From contig NC_045696.1 in the NCBI RefSeq assembly GCF_009834535.1, positions 89,344,001 through 89,408,000 on the forward strand: 64,000 nt of DNA, in the 5' to 3' direction. A program made the translations under genes and the position numbers. Positions 1 to 9,870 of this stretch are shown piece after piece. Positions within the stretch are counted from its first letter, which is position 1. Each line of letters starts with the position of its first letter. The notes beneath the pieces were generated by a model. It was not told the origin of the DNA and made no database searches. It saw nothing but the letters and a program-made list of their open reading frames with translations. The DNA is from Camelus ferus (lineage: Eukaryota).

Positions 1-143
1 GTCGCTGACGGCCCTGAGCAGGTTTTGGGAGTGGCTGAGGCACTGGAACATTCCTGGGCCCGCTGTGGTTGTGGGGAGGCTCCTGGCCAAACTGAGGTGG
101 TCCAGGTGAATTAGGAAGACCAGGGTGGCCATGAGGAAGAGGC
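1..143 (-). CDS. IL12A: IL12A (interleukin-12 subunit alpha, p35) exon 2, truncated by the window start; rest of signal peptide plus start of mature chain
   Basis: Minus strand ccttgattcccttccag|GC CTC TTC CTC ATG... gives (S)LFLMATLVFLIHLDHLSLARSLPTTTAGPGMFQCLSHSQNLLRAVSD, matching mammalian p35 (human SLLLVATLVLLDHLSLARNLPVATPDPGMFPCLHHSQNLLRAVSN). Acceptor AG at 145-144; phase matches exon 1. Confidence 0.98.
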
Positions 144-796
144 CTGGAAGGGAATCAAGGGGCAGGCTGAACTGGCCTGCCTCTACCTTCCATCTGTTCT
201 GGCCATTTCCACTCATCCACTTCTGGGCACCAAAATCCCTCCACCCCTTTCCAACCTCCTTCAACATCTGAGAGATGAATCAGGTTCTTGGAGGGCAGCG
301 CTCTGTTCTAGGAGTGGAAGCCAACTCACTGTGACAGCTTCCTTGTGGGTTCGGACAAGGGTGTTGGACAGAGTTCACCCAGAAAAAAGTCTCCATTTCA
401 AGAGGTGGGAAACTGAGGCCAGGGGTGAAGCGAATGGCCCAGACTCACCACCCAGTGTTTTGGAAACAGCCTCATTTTGAAGCCGGCTAGGAGCTACCCT
501 TTTAGAACTGGAGCTGAGGGATCCTGGGCAAGAAAACATCCCAGCAGACCTCAGCTTCTCATCTGTGAAGTGGGCAAAATACTTAACTCACGGCGCAATT
601 TCAAGATTAAAAGAGACAATGTCCTGTGGAGCGCATGGTGAGCACGCAGTCTTTCCGCGTTTCCTTCTCCTCTGCACGAGATTGCCGACCCTCTTCCAGT
701 CTCCGCACAGCCGGCCCCAAGTTTCTGCCTCCTCTTCCCCGCCCCTCCCCACCCGAGCGCCGAGCGCCGAGCGCGAGTCTCGGGCTGGTTACTCAC
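144..796 (-). other. IL12A: IL12A intron 1 (653 bp, GT-AG, phase 1)
   Basis: Donor GCA|GTGAGT starting at 796; pyrimidine-rich acceptor ending cttccag at 144. Confidence 0.95.
395..600. mobile_element. MIR SINE fragments in IL12A intron 1
   Basis: MIR-core-like motifs ggaaactgaggcc and cttctcatctgtgaagtggg. Confidence 0.6.
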
Positions 797-812
797 TGCG
801 CGGTGGGCACAT
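797..812 (-). CDS. IL12A: IL12A exon 1 coding part (ATG TGC CCA CCG CGC A = MCPPR + first base of Ser)
   Basis: ctcagcATGTGCCCACCGCGCA|gtgagt matches the p35 start (human MCPARS) and splices in frame to exon 2. Confidence 0.96.
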
Positions 813-913
813 GCTGAGCGGCGCTGCGGGGACACCGAGCTGGCAGTTGGACGAAGACGGATGGACGCCGCAGGTGAGGGCTGTGGTTGGGAGGCTGACC
901 CAGAGGGTCACAT

Positions 914-920
914 TTTTATA
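914..920 (-). promoter_or_regulatory. IL12A: TATA box (TATAAAA) of IL12A
   Basis: Minus strand caatTATAAAAatg, about 100 nt upstream of the start codon. Confidence 0.85.
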
Positions 921-938
921 ATTGCCTGAGGCGCGGCA

Positions 939-948
939 GGACTTTCCC
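939..948 (-). promoter_or_regulatory. IL12A: NF-kB site GGGAAAGTCC in the IL12A proximal promoter
   Basis: ggactttccc on plus strand, about 20 bp upstream of the TATA box; p35 is an established NF-kB/c-Rel target. Confidence 0.8.
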
Positions 949-1080
949 GGGACTCTGGTCTCTTGCTTTCTTTCTGTCTCTCTCTACATCAGCTTCTCGG
1001 TGACACGTGGAGTCTGGCCGCGGGGCTTGCGGCGCTTTCGGATTAACTCTATGGGCGCCCGGCCGCAGTCGTTCCGGGAC

Positions 1081-1215
1081 GGCCCCGCCGCCTCCTGCCT
1101 GGCCCAAAACGAAAGTAAAATTTCGCGCAAAGTCGCGGCACAGGGTCCCCGGGCAAGCCCGACACTTTGCCCTCCATCCTCGGACGCCCCCCGCCCCCAG
1201 CTATCCCGCCCCGCC
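1081..1215. promoter_or_regulatory. IL12A: GC boxes (Sp1/KLF type) in the IL12A promoter
   Basis: ggccccgcc at 1081, ccccgcccc near 1188, cccgccccgcc near 1205. Confidence 0.6.
1106..1120 (+). promoter_or_regulatory. IL12A: IRF-E/ISRE-like element AAAACGAAAGTAAAA
   Basis: Tandem GAAA-type cores at the position of the IRF element known in the human p35 promoter. Confidence 0.7.
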
Positions 1216-1809
1216 GCCTTGCAGCGCCCTCTCCCGACGGAGGGCCGAGCATTGGCGCGCTCTCTCCATCAATATCCAGGATGTGCCCTGATTGTGACTC
1301 CCGCCTCGTTCTGGATGGGGGTGAGGAAATCATTCATTCAGCATTTATTTATTCAGATGATCCACGGTTCGCCAGGCCGACAGTGTGCCAGGTGCTGGGC
1401 ATTCAGCAGTGAACAGGTCACGCTGGGGCACTCCCACACCAAATCTGACTCAGTGTGCTTTGTTCACGGGTACCATCTTAAAGATGAAAAGAGATGAAAC
1501 CAGACTGGCTATGCAGTAACAACTCTTTTAGAGAATCCAGTTTCCTACAGTGTCCAGGAGAGAATCGTTACAATTTAGCGCAATGGATGTCCAGGGTCCT
1601 GGGAGGAGAAGCCAGAGAGAGGACACCTCAGCAGGAGTGATGGGGGTGAGGAAGCAGCAAAGGATCCCAGAAGCAGGGGGACTGCGACCTGAGTGCTAAA
1701 GGGTGAGTAGGCATTAGACTGCTTCCAGTAGGATGGGGTGCGGGTCCTAGGTTGGAGGAACAGAGATCAGAAGCACAGTCAGGGAAGGTAAAGGGGGGTG
1801 GCCATCTAT

Positions 1810-2260
1810 GGGTCATGCTATCCGGGTGTGAGGTGGGAGAGGGTGATGGGGCTGAGCCTTGAGGGGACTGGATTCCATGCTAAGGAGTGTACATTCTGCT
1901 GAGGGTGGTGGGGCTCCTTCTAGGTTTTAGGCAGGAGATATGGTTAGATTTGTATGATAAAGAGATCTTTCAGCAGCAGTATGGAGGATGGATCCCAGGG
2001 GTCAGAAGCAGGAAGGCATTTCCATGGCCCCGTTCAGAATGGAGACCCGAGGGTGGACAAGAGGGAGCCTCAGGATGGGGAGGGACCAAGGCTTGGTAAC
2101 TCCTCAGGTGTGAGGGGCAGGAAGGTGCTGAGAATGGCTGGATGGAGGTTGTTCACCCACCTGTACAGGGGTTACTGTAAGAGGAGAGTGAGTTTGGAGG
2201 AGATGCTGAGAAGTTCCATTTTGGACATGTTGGGTTTGAGGTTCCTGTGGGACTTTTCAG
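1810..2260 (-). mobile_element. L2 LINE fragment
   Basis: Typical L2 antisense motif ttttggacatgttgggtttgagg. Confidence 0.65.
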
Positions 2261-3189
2261 TTCACTCATTTCTACCACGAGTGTTAGTCACCCTGGACAT
2301 GTGTGAAAGGGAGCGGTGTTTTTGGTCACCCACTCAGAGCCTCTGATGGGTCAGACTGCACTAAGGTCCAGGACTTCACAGGACCTCTGTGCAGATGTAC
2401 TAGTCTTGGGTAGGGATGAGCCTTTTGGGATACAGGAGTGATGAGTGGGTGCTTCCTCTGGGTCCCTATTTGAGTTGGAATGGATGAGGTCATTGTGAGC
2501 CTTGAGATGCTACCATGAACACTCGACAGGGCCAACCTCTACTGAAAATGGAGTGATGAAGCCAATTAGGAGAAAGCTGTGTTAGCCTCTCGTCTGATTC
2601 AAGCTCTCTCCATTTTTGGCAGCATCATCTGCTCAAGGGTGATGAGGCAGCCACCACAGGGACTTTCAGGTGTGTGTAAAATGAGAGCAAATGGTTGATC
2701 TAGATCTAAGGCTCCTTCCAATGCTGTGGCCTGTGGATTACACCATGGGAAATGAAGACCAGTGCATTGTCAGAAACAACTGTGTCTAGCAGATTGTGTG
2801 AAAGAATGACAGGTGCTGAGCTATGTTGTTGCCATAGGGGTTTAGGATGGAGTTAAATGTGCTTAAGTTAGAATGAAGTCAAGTTTACCACAGCTGAGCT
2901 TTCTCCCTTGGAAGGGCCATGGCCAACTTAATTCTCTTCATCTGATGTCCTTACTCTGCCCAAAGTGTTGATAAGTAAAGACACTTTTTCTAAGCAGATA
3001 GCTCAAGATAGTTGTTTGCAAACTTTAATTGTAATTTTGTACATTCAGAGGGTCTTTCTATTAGTCATTTGTTTTCCATTCATTTTGAGCAATGAGCCAA
3101 TCTGAGATCTCACATAATAGTTCCATCACTTGAAATCAAAAGTCAAAGTTCTTTTCAGGAATTTGGCAGAATGTATTAAGGCCCTGTAT

Positions 3190-3410
3190 CAGGCCTCTCA
3201 ACTGGAGGTGATCTTGTTCCCAGGGGATATTTGACAATGTCTGGAGACATTTTTTGTTGTCATAATGGGGGAAGGGGGTTGCTACTGACATCGGGTGGGT
3301 AGAGAAATCATGCCACGTGCTGCTAACCATTCTATACAGGATGGCTCCTCCCTCCCACCAATGACAAGAAGTTATACTGTCAAAATTATCAGTAGTGCTG
3401 GATACCTGCA
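3190..3410. mobile_element. MER20-like hAT DNA transposon
   Basis: ggggatatttgacaatgtctggagacatttttt...gttgctactgacatc...gggtagag resembles MER20. Confidence 0.75.
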
Positions 3411-4479
3411 ATAGTACCGAATAGCAGCAATAGCTCAGGACACCTTCTTTCATCATTATTCTTCTTGGTGAGCAGACCAGTTCATAGCCATAGGCTCTGA
3501 ACAAAAGACTTGGGACTGTACCTTTGGTGCCATAATTTAGAATGGCAGCCCATCCTTGGATGAAGTGAGATCCCGCAGAGGCTTGTGATCAGTTGAAACT
3601 GTAAATGTGAATCTGTAGGGAGGTACTGCAAATACGAGGGTCCTTCATAACATAGAGAGGACTCTGTGGTCAGTTTTCCTGCAGTTCTGTTCTATAAGGG
3701 CCAGTGAACTTGAGCACAAATCAGCTGGTGCTCTCATGCCATCTGATGGTGTGGATCCAGTATAGCTCTGCTCCCAAAAGGTGCTGTCAGGGGAAAAAAC
3801 AGAGCCTTATGTTCCTTTTTGCATACAACAACCTAAGCACGACATGCTTGTGAGGCTGGTTCCATGGCGCAGTTTCTTCTTGGGTGGTGAAGTGTTTCAG
3901 TAACAGGAAGAAAAATAGTGAGCTGAGCCAGAAAGATGACTATAGCGTCTTAAGTACCTTTGCATCTACGATCAAATGCCCCAAGTCCTAGCCCCCTCTG
4001 CTGATGGGTAGCTGTGTGAGCTTGGACAAGCCACTGCCTCTCCTAATTTTCATATCGCAAAATGGAGACAGTAATCCTTGGTTGTCTAACATTTTCATGC
4101 AAATCAGATTGTATAATCACCAGGTAAATATTTCGTTGAGTGGTAGAATGTCATCACTATGAGATATCACTATACAAGAAGAGGTGTGGTTATTATTTTT
4201 GAGTCAAGGGGCACACTTGCCAGTTTATTCCACAGCTGCCTCTTTGCACTCTTTTAAGTGTTAAGTAGCCACTTCCCAACGAAAGGGGAAGGGGAGTCCT
4301 AAATATTCACAGCACCATTTCTAGAGGCAACGTCCATATGTTATCATGCTGTCTTGAAGAACCTCAAAAATATTAACAATGGTCTTCAAGACAGAATTCC
4401 AGGAAAGATGTTGTTATTGCTTATTGGTGCCCCAGAATAAAGATTTTTATGAATATTTTTGCCAGATTTTCTACATCTT

Positions 4480-5365
4480 GAGATAGTTTAACAAACAAAC
4501 AAAAATGATACAGCTCCTGGGCATTGTAGCCTCATCCATGATGAGGTCACCTGGTGCTTAGACACTAAAAAGGAAAAAATGATGAATTTGACTATATAAA
4601 GAACAAACATCTCTGCAAGAAAAAGATGCCATAAATAACATTTAAAGATAATAGATAACCTAGCAAAAAACATTTGCAACAGCATATGATGGACCAAAAG
4701 CTAATCTCCTTAGTATATAAATATGAATATTAATAAGAAAAAAGCCAACAATCCAATGAAAAATGGGTAAAGGATAAGAATAGACAGCTTTAAAAAAGAA
4801 AAATACAAATTATTTACAAACATATGAAAAATAGCTGCACTCAAAATTAAAGAAATGCAAATTAAAATGACTAGATATGATTTTTAACCTATAATTTGGA
4901 GAACTAAAAATTTGATGATTTATGGGTATGTGGAAATAGGTTGCCATAGTCTGTTGGAGAGAGTGTAATCTAGTGCAGTCTATTTGCAGGGTCAGTTGGC
5001 AATAGCTATTAAAATAAAAAATATATATACTTTTGCTAAGCAATTCCACTTCCAAGAATTTGCCTGTGAACTGTTTGTACATATGCATAAAGACTGATTT
5101 CCATTAAAAGTATCATTTTTAATATCAGAAGACTTGAAACACTCTAAATGTCCATTAATAGGGAATTGTTTCAGTAAAACATGATTCAGCTTTTCTATGG
5201 ACTTTTCAATGTAGCTATTAAAAAGACTGAGTTTGATTTATATGTGTGATAGGAACAATCTTCAATATATGAAATGTCAAGGTTCAGACCAGTGTATATA
5301 ACTTGCTTCCATTTGTGTAAGGAAAAAGTACATACATATATACACATATATATACACATACAGAT

Positions 5366-5414
<49 letters not shown>

Positions 5415-5530
5415 AGGTCTACAGTCATAAGAGCATAGAAAATCAATGACTATTTCCTCTAGAGGAGGAGATTGGATCTTTGAAGTAGGGGGAAAACCTG
5501 CTTTTTATTGAATACCCTCTGTACTATTTG
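4480..5530 (+). mobile_element. Old L1M fragment (end of ORF2 and 3' UTR), degenerate
   Basis: A-rich; L1 motifs aaagaaatgcaaattaaaa, cagcaattccacttccaagaat-like, aaatgtccattaataggg. Confidence 0.75.
5368..5410. repeat. (CA)n microsatellite, about 21 units
   Basis: Read directly. Confidence 0.98.
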
Positions 5531-5584
5531 AATGATTTAACATGCAAATATATTGCAGTTTTATTTATTTATTTATTTTTGTTT

Positions 5585-5722
5585 TGGGTTTTTTTTTTAG
5601 GGGGTAATTAGGTTTATTTACTTATTGTTATTATTATTTTTTTAATGGAGATACTGGGGATCGAACCGATGACTTCGTGGATGTTAAGCATGTGCTTTAC
5701 CACTGAGCTATACCCTCCCCCC
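5585..5722 (-). mobile_element. Camelid tRNA-Ala-derived SINE (Vic-1 type)
   Basis: Reverse complement of ggggagggtatagctcagtggtaaagcacatgcttaac...ccccagtatctccatt, with aaacctaattacccc tail. Confidence 0.9.
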
Positions 5723-7236
5723 AGCTTTATTTTTGTTTCATGTTGTTTTATTTGCATTTTCAAAGATCACCTATAGCAGGCGAAGAGAGCTGCTGGCCCA
5801 TCGTGACAGCTCTTGAACAGGGAATTTCCTCTAAATTGCAGCATTCTTGGGGAATTTACTATACAAACTTGAATCTGTGAGTGGATTAACTCTCTATGGC
5901 TGAGGCAGGGGCGTTTGTGGCTGATTCTATCCATCCACTGTTCCATCTTCTACTGTTCTGAAGAATATGCTACATGTGTGCCGTGCACATTTAGATCTTT
6001 TAATTCTGTTGTGCACTTAACGTTATTTCACTGGCTGGAGCCTTGCCAGCCTCTGGCCTGGCAGAGGCGAAAGACCACGGGCTTTGCAGTACTTACTGGG
6101 TTAAACTCCCCCGTCACTTTCTAACTGAGGAATCTGAGGCATTTTCATTGACTTCTCTGAACTCCTATAAAATAAGGAGAAAAACAGCCAGTTGGTGGGG
6201 TTGTTGGGACAATTTACTGGGATAGTGTACCCACAGTGAGACAGCGGGAGGAGCCCTGTAACACGGAGGCATTGCCCTCAGCATGTTGCTGGTGTCCTTT
6301 TGTGGCATTGGTTTCTAAACAGTGACCAATGCGGCTTTGAATAATCCCTCAAGGGCCCTTCACATGCCATGTGCTTCAGTGGGGAGCAGGGTTGGGGCTA
6401 GTGTCGTGATGCTGGATGGCCCCTCATGTGGAAGGAAACAGAATATTCCTAGTTAAGAGGATCCTTTTTTGCTTCTCAGAAGAGAATGAAAATTTCTCAA
6501 CAAACACGACCTGAAAGCTGGTACTAGTGCTAGCTGAAGTCCCCAAACAGCCATTTTGATGGTATTATATAGTCATTATTTATTTCTGTTCAGTTTCCAG
6601 TGTTTTCCCTCCCTCCACATTTACATGATCTTCTATCAGAGATAAAGTTCCTTCTGCCCAGAGAACTTTCATTTAGACTTTTTTTTTAAGCACAGGTCAG
6701 CTGGCAGCTGGTTCTCTCACCTTTCATTCATCTTAAATGTCTTCATTTTGGCTCAATTTTTGAAATACATTTTTGCTTGGCAGTTATTTTCCTTCAGCAC
6801 TTTGAAGCTGTTACTCCAGTGTCTTCTGGTTTCCGTTGCTCCTTTGAAGGTGATTTGGGAAGATACTCTGTCTGCTCTTACGATTTTCGTTTCGTTTCGT
6901 TTTGTTTTCCCAGCAATTTGGTGATGACATTCCTAGGTGTGTTTTTCTCTGTGTTTATACTGCCTGAGGTTTGTGTACTTCTTGAATATATAACTTGATC
7001 CCTTTAAATCAGTTTTGAAAAATTCTCAGTCACTAACTTTTCAAATATCGCTCCTATTGCTCCCAACTCAACTTCCCTGGGGAGCCCTCCTGGAACTCTA
7101 GTTACACATATGTTTGACCTTTTCACAATGTCCTACATGTTTTTCATGAAATTTTCTACCTTTTTTGTTTTTGATGTGGATGCTTCTATCTGGATATGTT
7201 CTGCCAACTGATCTTCCAGGTCACTAATGCATTCTT

Positions 7237-7342
7237 ATTTTACAATTTTTTTTTTTTTTGGTCAGTAAAGGTACTGAGGATTGAACCTAGGACCTCATCC
7301 ATGCTAAGCATACGCTCTACCGCTGACCTATACCCTCCCCTG
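7237..7342 (-). mobile_element. Camelid SINE with 13-bp TSD CTAATGCATTCTT
   Basis: tRNA-like head, T tail on plus strand, TSD at 7224-7236 and 7343-7355. Confidence 0.92.
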
Positions 7343-7413
7343 CTAATGCATTCTTCATCTTTCCAAACTGTTGTTAAATTCATTATTTTGCAGTTTTGGA
7401 ATTTACACTTGGC

Positions 7414-8570
7414 TTTTTTTTTGATGTATAGTTGATTTACACTGTTGTGTTAGCTTCTGGCATACAGCAAGGTGATTCAGTTATTGATATGTATATATAT
7501 TCTTTTTCATATTCTTTTCCATTATGGTTTATTACAGGACATTGAACATAGTTCCCTGTGCTATACAGTAGGACCTTATTGTTTATTTTATACATAGTAG
7601 TTTGTATCTGCTAATCCCAAATTCTTAATTTATCCCTCTCCTACTCCCCTTCCCCCTTGGTAACCATAAGTTTGTTTTCTATGTCTGTGAGTCTGTTTCG
7701 GTTTTGTAAACAAGTTCATTTGTATGATATTTTAGATTCCACATATAAGTGATATCATATCATTTTTTTAAAAGCTTTTAAAATTTTTTTGGGGGGGGAG
7801 TAATTAGGTTTATCAATGTTATTTTTTAACAGAGGTACTGGGGATTGAACCCAGGACCTCGTGCATGCTAAGTGTGCACTCTACCACTCAGCTATAACCT
7901 CCCCCATCACATGATATTTTAGATTCCACATATAAGTGATATCATATGATATAAGAGATCATATGATTTCTGACTTACTTCATGTAGTATGATAATCTCT
8001 AGGCCCATCCATGTTGCTGCAAATGGCATTATTTCATTCTTTTTTATGGCTGAGTAGTATCCCAGTGTATAAATATATATACCACGTCTTTATCCAGTCA
8101 TCTGTTGATGGACACTTAGGTTGCTTCCACATCTTGGCTATTGCATATAGTGCTGCTGTGAACATTAGAGTGTAAGTATCCTTTCAAATTAGAGTTTTCT
8201 CTGGATATATGCTCAAGAGTGGGACTGCTGGATCATAGGGTAAGTCTGTTTTCAGTTTTTTAAGGAACCTCCATTCTGTTTTCTATAGTGGCTGCACCAA
8301 TTTACATTCCCACCAACAATGTAGGAGGGTTGCCTTTACATCCTCTTTAGCATTTGTCATTTGGACTTTTAAATGATGGCTGTTCTGGCCAGTGTGAAGT
8401 GATACCTCATTGTAGTTTTGATTTGCATTTCTCTAATAATTAGCGATGTTGAGCATCTTTGCATGTGCCTATTGGCCATCTGTATGTCTTCTTTGGAGAA
8501 ATGTCTATTTAGGTCTTCTGCCCTTTTTTGATTAGGTTGTTTGTTTTTTGTTATTAAGCTGTATGAGCTA
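7414..8570 (-). mobile_element. Younger L1 3' end (ORF2 C-terminus and 3' UTR), containing a SINE
   Basis: ttgatgtatagttgatttacactgttgtg...gttccctgtgctatacagtaggacc...ggctgcaccaatttacattcccaccaac...gatgttgagcatc. Confidence 0.92.
7761..7905 (-). mobile_element. Camelid SINE inserted in L1
   Basis: gaggtactggggattgaacccaggacctcgtgcatgctaag...ctctaccactcagctataacctccccc. Confidence 0.92.
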
Positions 8571-9699
8571 GGTTTTTATACATATATAGATTTCAGTTTT
8601 CTGATGAAAGTATCCATCTTGTCATCTATTCACTTGAACATGCTAATCATAGTTATTTTACATTTTGTGGCTGATAATTCCAATATCTAGATCATCTGTT
8701 TCTATTGTGTATTTTTTTCTCTTGTCCCTCTCTCTTCATTTGCCTGGTAATTTTTGATTGAATGCCAGACATTGAGTATAAAAAGTTGTATAAACGCAGT
8801 GATGTTAACTCTGGCAGGCAGGCAGATTTTAAGCAGAGCACCTTAAACCAATCAGGGAATGAGATGATTTGGGGCTGAGTTTTAAACCTTGACAAAGGCT
8901 GGTCTGTATCTATTTACCCTTATTTCTAGGATGTCGTCCCAGCAGTTCCAGCTGAAAGCAGGAGGTGTTTACCAAGGCCCCTCTGCTTTGGTAGGCCCTA
9001 AATGCTAATGCTTATTTATCCAGCACCGTGTACTGTCATTAGCTCTGTTCAGTTTCTCAGTCCCCTAACGGCTGCTTTTTGTTCTGTCTTTTTAACTTTT
9101 AGCCTATTGTGCTTACTAATCAGCAGCCATGTGGAGGGAAAAAGCAAACAATTCTATTTAAATCACTTCTCTGCACTTTCTTTCCCTCCAAGATCTTGGC
9201 TTCTCAAGTGCTGGTTACTTTGGTGGCCCTGAGCTTCACTATTTGTTTCTCCAGTGAGTATGCCAAAACCTCTACTCACCTTTTCCACTTTTTAACAGCC
9301 ACTTTCTGCTCAGCTCCTCTGTCCTGTACCCACTATGCGTATGAGTCAGCAGATGACTCAGTGGGGACTGTAGATTCTTAGGCTGATCTCAGTGAGTTTT
9401 CCTTCTTTCAGAGATCTTGACTCTTCAAGCCCTGGCTGCCTTGGTGGCTCTTTAATGTTTTAAGACATTAAAAAAATTTTTTTGTTTGGCTCTTCTGGTT
9501 GTTCTTATGAGGGGATTTTCTCGCTACAGGCTAGCCTGCCATAGCTGGAAATAGAAACCAAATAGCCATTTTAAATACAGGGTCTGTTCAGAGTTCCAAA
9601 GTTGAAGCTCAACTTCATTCAGAGTGGTTGTGACAACTGATGGTGCTCTCCTTTTTTAAAATAATATACTGTCCTTGGTACTAGAAGAGCTGTGATGGA

Positions 9700-9870
9700 C
9701 ATAGAATAATGATAATGACCTATAAGGTAGGCATTACTATTATTATCCTTCTTTTTACAGATGAGGAAACTGAGGAACAGTGTGTCTAAGTCAGTAACTG
9801 AAAGTCATGTCGCTAACAAGTAGCAGTGCTGGGATTTGAATCCATGTGGTTGAATGCTTGAGGTCATTCT
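9700..9870. mobile_element. MIR SINE
   Basis: tttacagatgaggaaactgagg...ctgggatttgaatcc. Confidence 0.8.

Larger units (their letters stand above)
813..1122 (-). other. IL12A: IL12A exon 1 5' UTR (long form; a TATA-driven short form would start near 885)
   Basis: Co-linear with the human IL12A leader as I recall it (ggcggcggggccgtcccggaac...gttaatccgaaagcgccgcaagcccc...cacgtgtcaccgagaagctgatgtagagagagac...gggaaagtcctgccgcgcctc...aattataaaaatgtg). The 5' limit is inferred. Confidence 0.75.
590..1310. promoter_or_regulatory. IL12A: CpG island over IL12A exon 1 and promoter
   Basis: GC-rich with dense CpG, unlike the CpG-depleted flanks. Confidence 0.92.
6550..9560 (-). mobile_element. Old L1M fragments interrupted by a younger L1 and SINEs
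   Basis: T-rich antisense L1 motifs (ttttccttcagcactttgaag, aaaattctcagtcacta, gataattccaatatct). Confidence 0.6.

Noticed and set aside
869..879. Plus-strand donor-like CAG|GTGAGG suggesting a plus-strand gene from the CpG island
   Set aside because: It lies antisense within IL12A exon 1 and I found no downstream plus-strand coding exons; use by an antisense lncRNA cannot be judged from sequence alone.
565..1497. Overlapping ORFs of 60-191 aa across the CpG island
   Set aside because: Stop-poor GC-rich DNA; no recognisable protein. The real coding sequence is the 16-nt IL12A exon 1 segment on the minus strand.
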